Assembly: GCF_045037415.1 (NCBI RefSeq)
Contig: NZ_CP173438.1
Origin: Escherichia coli
GTDB taxonomy: Bacteria > Pseudomonadota > Gammaproteobacteria > Enterobacterales > Enterobacteriaceae
DNA length: 64,000 nt
Strand: one strand, 5' to 3'
Program-made: the position numbers and the translations under genes
The notes under the pieces: generated by a model
Database searches by the model: none
Seen by the model: the letters and a program-made list of their open reading frames with translations, nothing else
Told to the model about the DNA's origin: nothing
Shown here: one piece after another, positions 1-13,773 of the stretch
How positions within the stretch are numbered: position 1 is the stretch's first letter
Layout: each line of letters begins with the position of its first letter

Positions 1-903
1 CGCTCAGACATTACGGTGACAGAATGGCTTGATAAATATATTTCTATCCAAGAGGACAGGCTGCAACATAATGAACTAAGACCCAACTCCTATCGGCAAA
101 AAGGCAAACCCATTCGTCTTTTCCGTGAGCATTGTGGAATGCAACACCTCAAGGATATTACCGCACTTGATATTGCCGAAATAATTGATGCTGTAAAGGC
201 TGAAGGTCATAACAGGATGGCGCAAGTCGTGAGAATGGTGTTGATCGACGTCTTCAAAGAAGCACAACACGCAGGACATGTTCCGCCAGGATTTAACCCA
301 GCGCAGGCAACAAAACAACCGCGAAATCGAGTAAACCGCCAAAGATTGTCACTGCCCGAATGGCAGGCAATATTTGACAGCGTAAGCAGACGGCAGCCCT
401 ATTTAAAATGCGGCATGCTACTTGCTCTTGTTACTGGACAACGTTTAGGCGATATCTGCAATTTGAAATTCTCTGATATATGGGACGACATGTTGCACAT
501 TACTCAGGAAAAAACCGGTTCAAAACTTGCTATTCCGCTTAACCTGAAATGCGATGCTCTGAATATTACCCTTCGTGAAGTTATATCTCAGTGCAGGGAT
601 GCTGTTGTTAGTAAATATCTGGTCCATTACCGTCACACTACCTCTCAAGCAAACAGAGGAGACCAGGTTTCTGCAAATACTCTGACAACGGCTTTTAAAA
701 AGGCCCGGGAAAAATGTGGCATAAAATGGGAGCAAGGAACTGCGCCCACATTTCATGAGCAGCGATCTCTGTCAGAACGGTTATATCGGGAACAGGGTCT
801 GGATACGCAAAAGTTGTTAGGCCATAAATCCAGAAAAATGACCGACCGATACAATGATGATCGTGGTAAAGACTGGATTATCGTAGATATCAAAACAGCA
901 TAG
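1..903 (+). CDS. int: Lambda-family tyrosine integrase, 5'-truncated by the window edge (frame open to position 1)
   Basis: Translation ends ...HEQRSLSERLYREQGLDTQKLLGHKSRKMTDRYNDDRGKDWIIVDIKTA, closely paralleling the lambda Int C-terminus including the catalytic Tyr in the RY(N/R)DDRG motif and the HxxR box. No in-frame stop between position 1 and the GTG at 16. Confidence 0.85.
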   Translation, partial: RSDITVTEWLDKYISIQEDRLQHNELRPNSYRQKGKPIRLFREHCGMQHLKDITALDIAEIIDAVKAEGHNRMAQVVRMVLIDVFKEAQHAGHVPPGFNPAQATKQPRNRVNRQRLSLPEWQAIFDSVSRRQPYLKCGMLLALVTGQRLGDICNLKFSDIWDDMLHITQEKTGSKLAIPLNLKCDALNITLREVISQCRDAVVSKYLVHYRHTTSQANRGDQVSANTLTTAFKKAREKCGIKWEQGTAPTFHEQRSLSERLYREQGLDTQKLLGHKSRKMTDRYNDDRGKDWIIVDIKTA

Positions 904-913
904 AAAATAGCCA

Positions 914-950
914 GTTTTGGGGAAGGGTTTTGGGGAAAGTTTTGGGGAAG
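914..950. repeat. Three tandem direct repeats GTTTTGGGGAAGG / GTTTTGGGGAAAG / (G)TTTTGGGGAAG between int stop and icd terminator
   Basis: Read directly from the sequence: head-to-tail copies with 13-bp periodicity immediately downstream of the int stop codon. Confidence 0.85.
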
Positions 951-970
951 ATTTTACATCATCATAAAAC

Positions 971-993
971 AACGGGCGTGTTATACGCCCGTT
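971..993. terminator. Hairpin AACGGGCGTGTTATACGCCCGTT; likely rho-independent terminator for icd (minus strand), possibly bidirectional
   Basis: Perfect 9-bp stem with a T-rich tract following on the minus strand (TTGTTTTAT), about 25 nt downstream of the icd stop. Confidence 0.55.
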
Positions 994-1016
994 TCAATAT
1001 TTAACACATGTAGTGA

Positions 1017-2267
1017 TTACATATTCTTGATGATCGCGTCACCAAACTCTGAACATTTCAGCAGTTTAGCGCCTTCCATCAGACGTTCGAAGTCATAGGT
1101 TACGGTCTTGGCATTGATTGCGCCTTCCATACCTTTAACAATCAGGTCAGCCGCTTCAGTCCAACCCATATGGCGCAGCATCATCTCAGCGGAGAGAATA
1201 ATAGAGCCTGGGTTTACTTTGTCCTGTCCGGCATATTTCGGCGCAGTACCGTGGGTGGCTTCAAACAGGGCGCATTCGTCACCGATGTTTGCGCCAGGGG
1301 CGATACCGATACCACCAACCTGCGCTGCCAGGGCGTCAGAAATGTAGTCACCGTTCAGGTTCATACAGGCGATAACATCATATTCAGCCGGACGCAGCAG
1401 GATCTGTTGCAGGAATGCATCAGCAATCACGTCTTTAATGACGATCTCTTTGCCGGTATTCGGGTTTTTAACTTTCAGCCACGGGCCGCCGTCGATCAGT
1501 TCACCGCCAAATTCTTCACGCGCCAGTTGGTAGCCCCAGTCTTTAAACGCGCCTTCGGTGAACTTCATGATGTTGCCTTTGTGCACCAGGGTCACAGAGT
1601 CACGATCGTTAGCAATTGCGTATTCGATCGCTGCACGAACCAGACGTTTGGTGCCTTCTTCCGAACACGGCTTAATACCGATACCGCAATGTTCCGGGAA
1701 GCGAATTTTCTTCACGCCCATCTCTTCACGCAGGAATTTAATCACTTTCTCAGCGTCGGCAGAGTCTGCTTTCCATTCGATACCCGCATAAATGTCTTCC
1801 GAGTTTTCACGGAAGATAACCATATCGGTCAGTTCAGGGTGTTTAACCGGGCTTGGAGTGCCCTGATAGTAACGTACCGGACGCAGGCAGATGTAGAGAT
1901 CCAGTTCCTGGCGCAGGGCAACGTTCAGAGAGCGAATACCGCCACCAACCGGAGTGGTCAGCGGGCCTTTAATGGCAACGCGATATTCACGAATCAGATC
2001 AAGGGTTTCAGCAGGCAACCAGACGTCCTGACCATAAACCTGTGTGGATTTTTCACCGGTGTAAATTTCCATCCAGGAGATTTTACGCTCGCCTTTATAG
2101 GCTTTCTCGACTGCAGCGTCGACCACTTTCAGCATGGCTGGGGTTACATCTACACCGATTCCATCACCTTCAATGTAAGGGATAATCGGATTTTCAGGAA
2201 CGTTGAGTTTGCCGTTTTGCAGGGTGATCTTCTTGCCTTGTGCCGGAACAACTACTTTACTTTCCAT
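1017..2267 (-). CDS. icd: Isocitrate dehydrogenase (NADP)
   Basis: 416-aa [41 protein letters not shown]..., full-length match to the E. coli Icd sequence known from memory. Confidence 0.97.
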   Translation of the reverse strand: MESKVVVPAQGKKITLQNGKLNVPENPIIPYIEGDGIGVDVTPAMLKVVDAAVEKAYKGERKISWMEIYTGEKSTQVYGQDVWLPAETLDLIREYRVAIKGPLTTPVGGGIRSLNVALRQELDLYICLRPVRYYQGTPSPVKHPELTDMVIFRENSEDIYAGIEWKADSADAEKVIKFLREEMGVKKIRFPEHCGIGIKPCSEEGTKRLVRAAIEYAIANDRDSVTLVHKGNIMKFTEGAFKDWGYQLAREEFGGELIDGGPWLKVKNPNTGKEIVIKDVIADAFLQQILLRPAEYDVIACMNLNGDYISDALAAQVGGIGIAPGANIGDECALFEATHGTAPKYAGQDKVNPGSIILSAEMMLRHMGWTEAADLIVKGMEGAINAKTVTYDFERLMEGAKLLKCSEFGDAIIKNM

Positions 2268-2438
2268 TCACCTCTCCTTCGAGCGCTACTGGTTTGCTCG
2301 TCTGCCACCACGTTGCATATGCGTTTGCGTCCTGCGATACGGATGCTTTAGAGCAATTTTTTGTTAATGATTTGTAATTAGCTTGTCAATACTACCCTAT
2401 TGTTTGCCGTCATGAAAGATGCGCGTTATTAGGCTATA

Positions 2439-3092
2439 ATGCGGCAATTCATAATCTCTGAAAATACCATGCAAAAAACTTCTTTTAGAAATCACCAGGT
2501 TAAGCGATTCAGCTCGCAACGTTCTACCAGGCGTAAACCTGACAACCAGCCCACGCGTGTGATCCTGTTCAATAAACCCTACGATGTTCTTCCGCAGTTC
2601 ACCGATGAAGCCGGACGCAAAACATTAAAAGAATTCATCCCGGTTCAGGGGGTGTATGCGGCAGGTCGTCTCGACCGCGACAGCGAAGGGTTACTGGTGC
2701 TGACCAATAACGGCGCGTTGCAGGCGCGTTTAACCCAGCCGGGTAAACGCACCGGAAAAATCTATTATGTGCAGGTGGAAGGTATTCCCACACAAGACGC
2801 ACTTGAAGCCTTGCGCAATGGCGTAACCTTAAATGATGGCCCTACCCTGCCCGCAGGCGCGGAGCTGGTTGAAGAACCCGCGTGGTTATGGCCGCGGAAT
2901 CCACCAATTCGTGAGCGCAAAAGTATTCCCACCAGCTGGCTGAAGATCACCTTATATGAAGGACGTAATCGCCAGGTGCGCCGCATGACCGCCCATGTTG
3001 GTTTCCCCACGCTGCGACTGATTCGCTATGCGATGGGGGATTACTCTTTGGATAATCTTGCCAATGGCGAATGGCGAGACGCGACAGATTAA
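2439..3092 (+). CDS. rluE: 23S rRNA pseudouridine2457 synthase
   Basis: 217-aa ORF, divergent from icd as in E. coli; pseudouridine synthase family sequence. Confidence 0.9.
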   Translation: MRQFIISENTMQKTSFRNHQVKRFSSQRSTRRKPDNQPTRVILFNKPYDVLPQFTDEAGRKTLKEFIPVQGVYAAGRLDRDSEGLLVLTNNGALQARLTQPGKRTGKIYYVQVEGIPTQDALEALRNGVTLNDGPTLPAGAELVEEPAWLWPRNPPIRERKSIPTSWLKITLYEGRNRQVRRMTAHVGFPTLRLIRYAMGDYSLDNLANGEWRDATD

Positions 3093-3101
3093 GGATGCAA
3101 A

Positions 3102-4723
<1,622 letters not shown>

Positions 4724-4758
4724 TTATTATCTTTACTTAAAACAAGGAAGCAGTGAAC

Positions 4759-5400
4759 GTGGCAAAGAATTACTATGACATCACCCTCGCCCTGGCCGGT
4801 ATTTGTCAGTCGGCACGCCTGGTGCAACAACTCGCTCACCAGGGGCATTGTGATGGCGATGCGCTACACGTCTCACTCAACAGTATTATCGATATGAACC
4901 CCAGCTCAACGCTGGCGGTTTTTGGCGGCAGCGAAGCCAACCTGCGCGTCGGGCTGGAAACCTTGCTCGGCGTACTCAATGCCAGCAGTCGCCAAGGCTT
5001 AAACGCCGAATTAACCCGCTACACACTCAGTCTGATGGTGCTTGAGCGCAAACTCTCCTCAGCGAAAGGTGCGCTCGACACTCTGGGCAACCGGATCAAC
5101 GGCCTGCAACGCCAGCTCGAACACTTCGATTTACAGTCCGAAACGCTGATGAGCGCGATGGCTGCCATCTATGTTGATGTTATCAGCCCGCTTGGCCCGC
5201 GCATTCAGGTCACGGGTTCCCCTGCTGTACTGCAAAGCCCACAGGTGCAGGCGAAAGTTCGCGCAACCCTGCTGGCAGGCATTCGCGCCGCCGTGCTCTG
5301 GCACCAGGTCGGCGGCGGTCGTCTGCAACTGATGTTTTCTCGTAATCGCCTGACCACTCAGGCAAAACAAATTCTTGCTCATTTAACCCCGGAGTTGTGA
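4759..5400 (+). CDS. hflD: High-frequency-lysogenization protein HflD
   Basis: Sequence [28 protein letters not shown]...; GTG start at 4759 gives 213 aa (alternative GTG at 4753). Confidence 0.9.
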   Translation: MAKNYYDITLALAGICQSARLVQQLAHQGHCDGDALHVSLNSIIDMNPSSTLAVFGGSEANLRVGLETLLGVLNASSRQGLNAELTRYTLSLMVLERKLSSAKGALDTLGNRINGLQRQLEHFDLQSETLMSAMAAIYVDVISPLGPRIQVTGSPAVLQSPQVQAKVRATLLAGIRAAVLWHQVGGGRLQLMFSRNRLTTQAKQILAHLTPEL

Positions 5401-6774
<1,374 letters not shown>

Positions 6775-6787
6775 GCCTCAAATCAGT

Positions 6788-6815
6788 GCCGGATGGCGAT
6801 GCTGTCCGGCCTGCT
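6788..6815 (+). terminator. Candidate purB terminator / REP-like hairpin (GCCGGATGGCGATGCTGTCCGGC)
   Basis: GC-rich inverted repeat 14 nt after the purB stop followed by a T-rich stretch; weak U-tract. Confidence 0.4.
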
Positions 6816-6864
6816 TATTAAGATTATCCGCTTTTTATTTTTTCACTTTACCTCCCCTTCCCGC

Positions 6865-6882
6865 TGGTTTATTTAATGTTTA
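6865..6882 (+). promoter_or_regulatory. PhoP box (direct repeat TGGTTTA-N5-TGTTTA) in the phoPQ promoter
   Basis: Sequence TGGTTTATTTAATGTTTA about 60 bp upstream of the phoP ATG; matches the (T/G)GTTTA-N5-(T/G)GTTTA PhoP-binding consensus known for phoP autoregulation. Confidence 0.75.
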
Positions 6883-6942
6883 CCCCCATAACCACATAAT
6901 CGCGTTACACTATTTTAATAATTAAGACAGGGAGAAATAAAA

Positions 6943-7614
6943 ATGCGCGTACTGGTTGTTGAAGACAATGCGTTGTTACGTCACCATCTTAAAGTTCAGA
7001 TACAGGATGCTGGTCATCAGGTCGATGACGCAGAAGATGCCAAAGAAGCCGATTATTATCTCAATGAACATTTACCGGATATTGCGATTGTCGATCTCGG
7101 ATTGCCTGACGAGGATGGTCTGTCACTGATTCGCCGCTGGCGTAGCAATGATGTTTCACTGCCGATTCTGGTATTAACCGCCCGTGAGAGCTGGCAGGAC
7201 AAAGTCGAAGTATTAAGTGCCGGTGCTGATGATTACGTGACTAAACCGTTTCATATTGAAGAGGTGATGGCGCGAATGCAGGCATTAATGCGGCGTAATA
7301 GCGGTCTGGCTTCACAGGTCATTTCGCTACCACCGTTTCAGGTTGATCTCTCCCGCCGTGAATTATCTATTAATGACGAAGTGATCAAACTGACCGCGTT
7401 CGAATACACCATTATGGAAACGTTGATACGCAATAATGGCAAAGTGGTCAGCAAAGATTCGTTAATGCTACAACTCTACCCGGATGCGGAGCTGCGGGAA
7501 AGCCATACCATTGATGTACTGATGGGACGTCTGCGCAAAAAAATTCAGGCACAATATCCGCAAGAAGTGATTACCACCGTTCGCGGCCAGGGCTATCTGT
7601 TCGAATTGCGCTGA
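6943..7614 (+). CDS. phoP: Two-component response regulator PhoP
   Basis: 223-aa [43 protein letters not shown]...; OmpR-family receiver plus winged helix. Confidence 0.97.
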   Translation: MRVLVVEDNALLRHHLKVQIQDAGHQVDDAEDAKEADYYLNEHLPDIAIVDLGLPDEDGLSLIRRWRSNDVSLPILVLTARESWQDKVEVLSAGADDYVTKPFHIEEVMARMQALMRRNSGLASQVISLPPFQVDLSRRELSINDEVIKLTAFEYTIMETLIRNNGKVVSKDSLMLQLYPDAELRESHTIDVLMGRLRKKIQAQYPQEVITTVRGQGYLFELR

Positions 7615-9074
7615 TGAAAAAATTACTGCGTCTTTTTTTCCCGCTCTCGCTGCGGGTACGTTTTCTGTTAGCAACGGCAGCAGTAGTATTGGTGCTTTCG
7701 CTTGCCTACGGAATGGTTGCGCTGATCGGTTATAGCGTCAGTTTCGATAAAACCACGTTTCGGCTGTTACGTGGCGAGAGCAATCTGTTCTATACCCTTG
7801 CGAAGTGGGAAAACAATAAGTTGCATGTCGAGTTACCCGAAAATATCGACAAGCAAAGCCCCACGATGACACTAATTTATGATGAGAACGGGCAGCTTTT
7901 ATGGGCGCAACGTGACGTGCCCTGGCTGATGAAGATGATCCAGCCCGACTGGCTAAAATCGAACGGTTTTCATGAAATTGAAGCGGATGTTAACGATACC
8001 AGCCTCTTGCTGAGTGGAGATCATTCGATACAGCAACAGTTGCAGGAAGTGCGGGAAGATGATGACGACGCGGAGATGACCCACTCGGTGGCGGTAAACG
8101 TCTACCCGGCAACATCGCGGATGCCAAAGTTAACCATTGTGGTGGTGGATACCATTCCGGTGGAGCTAAAAAGTTCCTATATGGTCTGGAGCTGGTTTAT
8201 CTATGTGCTCTCAGCCAATCTGCTGTTAGTGATCCCGCTGCTGTGGGTCGCCGCCTGGTGGAGTTTACGCCCCATCGAAGCCCTGGCAAAAGAAGTCCGC
8301 GAACTGGAAGAACATAACCGCGAATTGCTCAATCCAGCCACAACGCGGGAACTGACTAGTCTGGTACGAAACCTGAACCGACTGTTAAAAAGTGAACGCG
8401 AACGTTACGACAAATATCGTACGACGCTCACCGACCTGACCCATAGTCTGAAAACGCCACTGGCGGTGCTGCAAAGTACGCTGCGTTCTCTGCGTAGTGA
8501 GAAGATGAGCGTCAGTGATGCTGAGCCGGTAATGCTGGAGCAAATCAGCCGCATTTCACAGCAAATTGGCTACTACCTGCATCGTGCCAGTATGCGCGGC
8601 GGGACATTGCTTAGCCGCGAGCTGCATCCGGTCGCCCCACTGCTGGACAATCTCACCTCGGCGCTGAACAAAGTGTATCAACGCAAAGGGGTCAATATCT
8701 CTCTCGATATTTCGCCAGAGATCAGCTTTGTCGGTGAGCAGAACGATTTTGTCGAGGTGATGGGCAACGTGCTGGATAATGCCTGTAAATATTGCCTCGA
8801 GTTTGTCGAAATATCTGCAAGGCAAACAGACGAGCATCTCTATATTGTGGTCGAGGATGATGGCCCCGGTATTCCATTAAGCAAGCGAGAGGTCATTTTC
8901 GACCGTGGTCAACGGGTTGATACTTTACGCCCTGGGCAAGGTGTAGGGCTGGCGGTAGCCCGCGAAATCACCGAGCAATATGAGGGTAAAATCGTCGCCG
9001 GAGAGAGCATGCTGGGCGGTGCGCGGATGGAGGTGATTTTTGGTCGCCAGCATTCTGCACCGAAAGATGAATAA
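7614..9074 (+). CDS. phoQ: Sensor histidine kinase PhoQ
   Basis: 486-aa ORF overlapping the phoP stop (ATGA); histidine kinase motifs ([12 protein letters not shown]) and periplasmic sensor domain. Confidence 0.97.
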   Translation: MKKLLRLFFPLSLRVRFLLATAAVVLVLSLAYGMVALIGYSVSFDKTTFRLLRGESNLFYTLAKWENNKLHVELPENIDKQSPTMTLIYDENGQLLWAQRDVPWLMKMIQPDWLKSNGFHEIEADVNDTSLLLSGDHSIQQQLQEVREDDDDAEMTHSVAVNVYPATSRMPKLTIVVVDTIPVELKSSYMVWSWFIYVLSANLLLVIPLLWVAAWWSLRPIEALAKEVRELEEHNRELLNPATTRELTSLVRNLNRLLKSERERYDKYRTTLTDLTHSLKTPLAVLQSTLRSLRSEKMSVSDAEPVMLEQISRISQQIGYYLHRASMRGGTLLSRELHPVAPLLDNLTSALNKVYQRKGVNISLDISPEISFVGEQNDFVEVMGNVLDNACKYCLEFVEISARQTDEHLYIVVEDDGPGIPLSKREVIFDRGQRVDTLRPGQGVGLAVAREITEQYEGKIVAGESMLGGARMEVIFGRQHSAPKDE

Positions 9075-9149
9075 ATATGTCCATACTTCACGCATTACGT
9101 TAAGCATCCGTTATAATCGGTTGCAGATACCAGCCTGTGGATGCTTAAC

Positions 9150-10271
9150 ATGGAATACCAACTCACTCTTAACTGGCCCGATTTTCTTGAACGTCACTGG
9201 CAGAAACGTCCGGTGGTGTTAAAACGCGGCTTTAATAATTTTATTGACCCGATCTCTCCAGACGAGTTGGCGGGTTTGGCGATGGAAAGCGAAGTCGACA
9301 GTCGACTGGTCAGTCATCAGGATGGCAAATGGCAGGTCAGCCACGGTCCATTCGAAAGCTACGATCATCTCGGTGAAACTAACTGGTCATTGTTAGTGCA
9401 AGCAGTGAACCACTGGCATGAGCCGACCGCCGCGCTAATGCGACCGTTCCGTGAACTACCGGACTGGCGTATTGATGATCTGATGATCTCTTTTTCTGTA
9501 CCGGGCGGCGGCGTCGGCCCGCATCTCGATCAGTACGACGTGTTTATCATTCAGGGTACCGGTCGTCGTCGCTGGCGAGTGGGCGAAAAGCTGCAAATGA
9601 AACAGCACTGCCCTCACCCGGATCTGTTACAGGTCGATCCGTTCGAAGCCATCATCGATGAAGAGCTGGAGCCTGGCGATATTCTTTATATTCCGCCAGG
9701 ATTCCCGCATGAAGGCTACGCGCTGGAAAATGCGATGAACTATTCCGTGGGTTTTCGCGCGCCAAATACGCGGGAACTGATTAGCGGATTTGCCGATTAT
9801 GTGCTGCAACGTGAACTGGGCGGCAACTACTACAGCGATCCTGATGTTCCACCTCGCGCTCATCCTGCGGACGTTCTGCCGCAAGAGATGGATAAACTGC
9901 GTGAGATGATGCTCGAATTGATCAACCAGCCAGAACATTTTAAGCAATGGTTTGGCGAGTTTATATCCCAGTCACGTCATGAACTGGATATCGCGCCGCC
10001 AGAGCCGCCTTATCAGCCGGATGAAATCTACGATGCGCTGAAACAAGGTGATGTGCTGGTGCGCCTGGGGGGTCTGCGCGTATTGCGCATTGGCGACGAC
10101 GTGTATGCCAATGGTGAGAAGATCGATTCCCCGCACCGTCCGGCACTGGATGCGCTCGCCAGCAACATTGCGCTGACCGCGGAGAATTTTGGCGATGCGC
10201 TGGAAGATCCGTCATTCCTCGCGATGCTCGCGGCGCTGGTCAATAGCGGATACTGGTTCTTCGAAGGGTAA
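9150..10271 (+). CDS. roxA: Ribosomal protein uL16 arginine hydroxylase (JmjC/cupin oxygenase, YcfD)
   Basis: MEYQLTLNWPDFLERHWQKRPVVLKRGF...; start at the MEYQ methionine gives 373 aa. Confidence 0.9.
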   Translation: MEYQLTLNWPDFLERHWQKRPVVLKRGFNNFIDPISPDELAGLAMESEVDSRLVSHQDGKWQVSHGPFESYDHLGETNWSLLVQAVNHWHEPTAALMRPFRELPDWRIDDLMISFSVPGGGVGPHLDQYDVFIIQGTGRRRWRVGEKLQMKQHCPHPDLLQVDPFEAIIDEELEPGDILYIPPGFPHEGYALENAMNYSVGFRAPNTRELISGFADYVLQRELGGNYYSDPDVPPRAHPADVLPQEMDKLREMMLELINQPEHFKQWFGEFISQSRHELDIAPPEPPYQPDEIYDALKQGDVLVRLGGLRVLRIGDDVYANGEKIDSPHRPALDALASNIALTAENFGDALEDPSFLAMLAALVNSGYWFFEG

Positions 10272-10286
10272 GTTTGGATTTAAGCC

Positions 10287-10317
10287 GGATGCGGCATCAC
10301 ATGCCGCATCCCTTTTC
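10287..10317. terminator. Palindromic hairpin GGATGCGGCAT-CAC-ATGCCGCATCC between convergent roxA and pepT
   Basis: Perfect 11-bp stem followed by TTTT on the plus strand; lies between the two convergent stop codons. Confidence 0.6.
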
Positions 10318-10319
10318 GC

Positions 10320-11546
10320 TTACTTCCGTTGCGCCGTCAACTCGGCAATACGGACGATCACCTGCACCGCTTTTTCCATACCTTCCAGAGTCACAAACTC
10401 ATGCTTACCATGATAGTTGTAACCGCCAGTGAACAGGTTCGGGCACGGTAATCCCATAAACGACAACTGCGCGCCGTCGGTACCGCCGCGGATCGGTTTC
10501 AGTTCCGGTTCAATATCGCAGTCACGCATCGCCTGCTGGGCGATATCGAGAATATGCGGATGCTCAACCACTTTCTCGCGCATATTGTAGTAACTGTCTT
10601 CAATCACCAGTTCAATGTAGCAATCAGGATGTAACCCTTTGCCCACTTTTTTGGCGATCTCCATCATTTTACGTTTACGCGCTTCAAACTGTTTACGGTC
10701 GAAATCACGGATGATGTAGTGCATATCGGCCCGTTCAACGGTGCCTTTCATGCTCGCCAGGTGATAGAAACCTTCATAGCCTTCTGTCATTTCCGGGCTT
10801 TCATCCGCCGGAACTTCCGCATGAATACGTGCCGCCAGCGACAGCGCATTTACCATCACTCCTTTCGCCGTGCCCGGGTGAACATTGTTACCGACAATTT
10901 TGATATTGACCGACGCGGCGTTGAAGTTTTCAAACTCCAGTTCACCTACGCCACCACCATCAACGGTGTAAGCCCAGCGGGCATCGAAGGCGTCAACATC
11001 AAAATGTTTCGCCCCTTTGCCCACTTCTTCATCCGGGGTAAAGGCGACGCGAATATCACCATGCGGAATGTTTTTTTGTTGCAATACCGCCAGCGCGGTC
11101 ATGATTTCTGCAATACCTGCTTTGTCATCGGCACCTAACAAGGTTTTACCATCGGTGGTAATCAGCGTCTGACCCAGTAGCTGATGCAGCACCGGGAACA
11201 TAACCGGTGATAAAACTTCATCGCCGATACCCAGCGCAATATCGCCACCGCGATAGTTTTCAACAATTTGCGGATTCACATTTTTGCCGCTGCAATCCGG
11301 TGAGGTATCCACATGAGAAATAAAGCCAATCGCCGGGATATCGCCAGGGACGTTAGCCGGTAACGTCGCCATCAAAGTGCCCTTCTCACTTAAGGTCACA
11401 TTGATAAGCCCCATCTCTTCGAGCTGCTCTTTCAGCAGATGCAATAACTTCCATTGGCCTTCCGTGCTGGGAACCTGTCTCACCCCTGCCTTTGATTGGG
11501 TATCAAGAGACACGTAGTTCAAAAATCGCTCAAGTAGTTTATCCAT
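10320..11546 (-). CDS. pepT: Peptidase T (tripeptide aminopeptidase)
   Basis: ORF contains [35 protein letters not shown]...; start at MDKLL gives 408 aa (ORF track extends 14 codons upstream). Confidence 0.93.
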   Translation of the reverse strand: MDKLLERFLNYVSLDTQSKAGVRQVPSTEGQWKLLHLLKEQLEEMGLINVTLSEKGTLMATLPANVPGDIPAIGFISHVDTSPDCSGKNVNPQIVENYRGGDIALGIGDEVLSPVMFPVLHQLLGQTLITTDGKTLLGADDKAGIAEIMTALAVLQQKNIPHGDIRVAFTPDEEVGKGAKHFDVDAFDARWAYTVDGGGVGELEFENFNAASVNIKIVGNNVHPGTAKGVMVNALSLAARIHAEVPADESPEMTEGYEGFYHLASMKGTVERADMHYIIRDFDRKQFEARKRKMMEIAKKVGKGLHPDCYIELVIEDSYYNMREKVVEHPHILDIAQQAMRDCDIEPELKPIRGGTDGAQLSFMGLPCPNLFTGGYNYHGKHEFVTLEGMEKAVQVIVRIAELTAQRK

Positions 11547-11795
11547 GTAGTCACCCTCACTTTTTGTGACAACATTATTAAGAAGCAAGAAAAGACAAAT
11601 ATTGCGTCAGGTCACTTTTAGCCCTGCAAGCGGGAATATTTATCAGCATTACCTTAATGAATATAAAGCTAAGCCAGTAATTCACAACAAAGATTGGCGA
11701 TTCAAGCGGTTTGCCGTAGAATTACCGCCCTCATTAAGAGTCACCAAGGTGGTTAACCACAAACCCCGCATCGGTAAGCCATCCGTTGCGTTTAC

Positions 11796-12932
11796 ATGGG
11801 ACAGAGTAAAAAATTGAATAAACAACCGAGTTCGCTTTCACCGCTGGTGCAATTGGCGGGAATTCGCAAATGCTTTGATGGTAAAGAGGTCATTCCCCAG
11901 CTGGATCTGACTATCAACAATGGCGAGTTCCTCACGCTGCTTGGCCCTTCTGGCTGCGGTAAAACAACCGTTCTTCGCCTGATTGCAGGTCTGGAAACTG
12001 TTGATTCCGGACGCATCATGCTGGATAACGAGGACATCACCCACGTTCCGGCGGAAAACCGCTATGTGAACACTGTTTTCCAAAGCTACGCACTTTTCCC
12101 CCACATGACCGTGTTCGAAAATGTGGCCTTTGGGTTGCGCATGCAAAAAACCCCCGCAGCTGAAATTACGCCCCGCGTGATGGAAGCCCTGCGGATGGTG
12201 CAGCTGGAAACCTTCGCTCAACGCAAACCGCATCAGCTCTCTGGTGGTCAACAGCAACGCGTCGCCATTGCTCGCGCGGTGGTTAACAAGCCTCGTCTGT
12301 TGTTGCTGGATGAGTCGCTCTCAGCGCTGGATTACAAACTGCGTAAGCAAATGCAGAACGAGCTGAAAGCGTTACAGCGTAAGCTTGGCATTACATTCGT
12401 GTTCGTAACTCACGACCAGGAAGAAGCACTTACCATGTCGGACAGGATCGTGGTGATGCGCGATGGTCGCATTGAGCAAGACGGCACGCCGCGTGAAATC
12501 TACGAAGAGCCGAAAAACCTGTTTGTTGCCGGGTTTATTGGCGAAATCAATATGTTTAACGCCACTGTCATCGAACGTCTCGACGAGCAGCGCGTACGCG
12601 CCAACGTTGAAGGCCGCGAATGTAATATCTACGTTAACTTCGCCGTTGAACCGGGGCAAAAACTGCATGTTCTGCTGCGCCCGGAAGACTTACGTGTTGA
12701 AGAGATTAACGACGACAACCACGCCGAAGGGCTGATTGGTTACGTTCGCGAGCGTAACTACAAAGGCATGACGCTGGAGTCGGTTGTTGAGCTGGAAAAT
12801 GGCAAGATGGTGATGGTCAGCGAATTCTTCAATGAAGACGATCCTGACTTTGACCACTCTCTCGACCAAAAAATGGCCATTAATTGGGTAGAAAGCTGGG
12901 AGGTCGTACTGGCTGATGAAGAACACAAGTAA
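11796..12932 (+). CDS. potA: Spermidine/putrescine ABC transporter ATPase
   Basis: 378-aa ORF with Walker A (GPSGCGKTT), ABC signature ([14 protein letters not shown]) and Walker B. Confidence 0.96.
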
Positions 12933-12945
12933 GTTCCAGAATGTA

Positions 12946-13773
12946 GTGATTGTCACTATTGTCGGTTGGCTTGTGTTGTTTATCTTTCTGCCCAACCTGA
13001 TGATCATTGGCACCAGCTTTTTGACCCGCGACGACGCCAGTTTCGTCAAAATGGTCTTTACGCTGGATAACTACACGCGTCTGCTCGATCCGCTCTATTT
13101 TGAAGTGCTATTGCACTCGCTGAATATGGCGCTGATCGCCACCCTCGCCTGCCTGGTGCTGGGCTATCCTTTTGCCTGGTTTCTGGCGAAGCTGCCACAC
13201 AAGGTGCGTCCGCTGCTGCTGTTTCTGCTGATTGTTCCGTTCTGGACCAACTCATTGATTCGTATTTACGGGCTGAAAATTTTCCTCAGCACCAAAGGCT
13301 ATCTCAACGAGTTTTTGCTCTGGCTGGGCGTTATCGATACACCAATTCGCATCATGTTCACGCCTAGTGCGGTGATTATCGGTCTGGTTTACATTCTGCT
13401 GCCGTTTATGGTGATGCCGCTGTACTCCAGTATCGAAAAACTGGATAAGCCGTTGCTTGAGGCGGCGCGCGATCTCGGTGCCAGCAAGTTGCAGACCTTT
13501 ATTCGCATCATTATCCCACTGACGATGCCGGGAATTATTGCCGGATGTCTGCTGGTGATGCTGCCAGCGATGGGCCTGTTCTATGTGTCCGACCTGATGG
13601 GCGGTGCGAAAAACCTGCTGATCGGTAACGTCATCAAGGTACAGTTCCTCAATATTCGTGACTGGCCGTTTGGTGCAGCCACCAGCATTACGCTGACTAT
13701 CGTAATGGGCCTGATGTTGCTGGTTTACTGGCGCGCTTCTCGTTTGCTGAATAAGAAGGTGGAACTCGAATGA
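12946..13773 (+). CDS. potB: Spermidine/putrescine ABC transporter permease
   Basis: Polytopic membrane protein overlapping the potA end; GTG start at 12946 gives 275 aa, alternative ATG at 12916 gives 285 aa. Confidence 0.88.
   Translation: MIVTIVGWLVLFIFLPNLMIIGTSFLTRDDASFVKMVFTLDNYTRLLDPLYFEVLLHSLNMALIATLACLVLGYPFAWFLAKLPHKVRPLLLFLLIVPFWTNSLIRIYGLKIFLSTKGYLNEFLLWLGVIDTPIRIMFTPSAVIIGLVYILLPFMVMPLYSSIEKLDKPLLEAARDLGASKLQTFIRIIIPLTMPGIIAGCLLVMLPAMGLFYVSDLMGGAKNLLIGNVIKVQFLNIRDWPFGAATSITLTIVMGLMLLVYWRASRLLNKKVELE

Larger units (their letters stand above)
1..1016. mobile_element. End of a prophage integrated at the icd 3' end (int-proximal arm); prophage body lies beyond the window
   Basis: Phage integrase convergent with and 113 bp from icd. 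icd is the known attachment locus of lambdoid phages e14 and 21. The exact junction (att core) is probably inside the icd 3' end and cannot be delimited here. Confidence 0.6.

Noticed and set aside
1170-2351. 393-codon ORF antisense to icd
   Set aside because: Fully overlaps a highly conserved housekeeping gene on the other strand; the translation has no recognisable features. Typical antisense shadow ORF in GC-balanced coding DNA.
11566-11817. 83-codon ORF in the pepT-potA intergenic region
   Set aside because: Begins inside the pepT 5' end on the opposite strand and runs across the divergent promoter region; no convincing RBS, and the region is expected to be regulatory.
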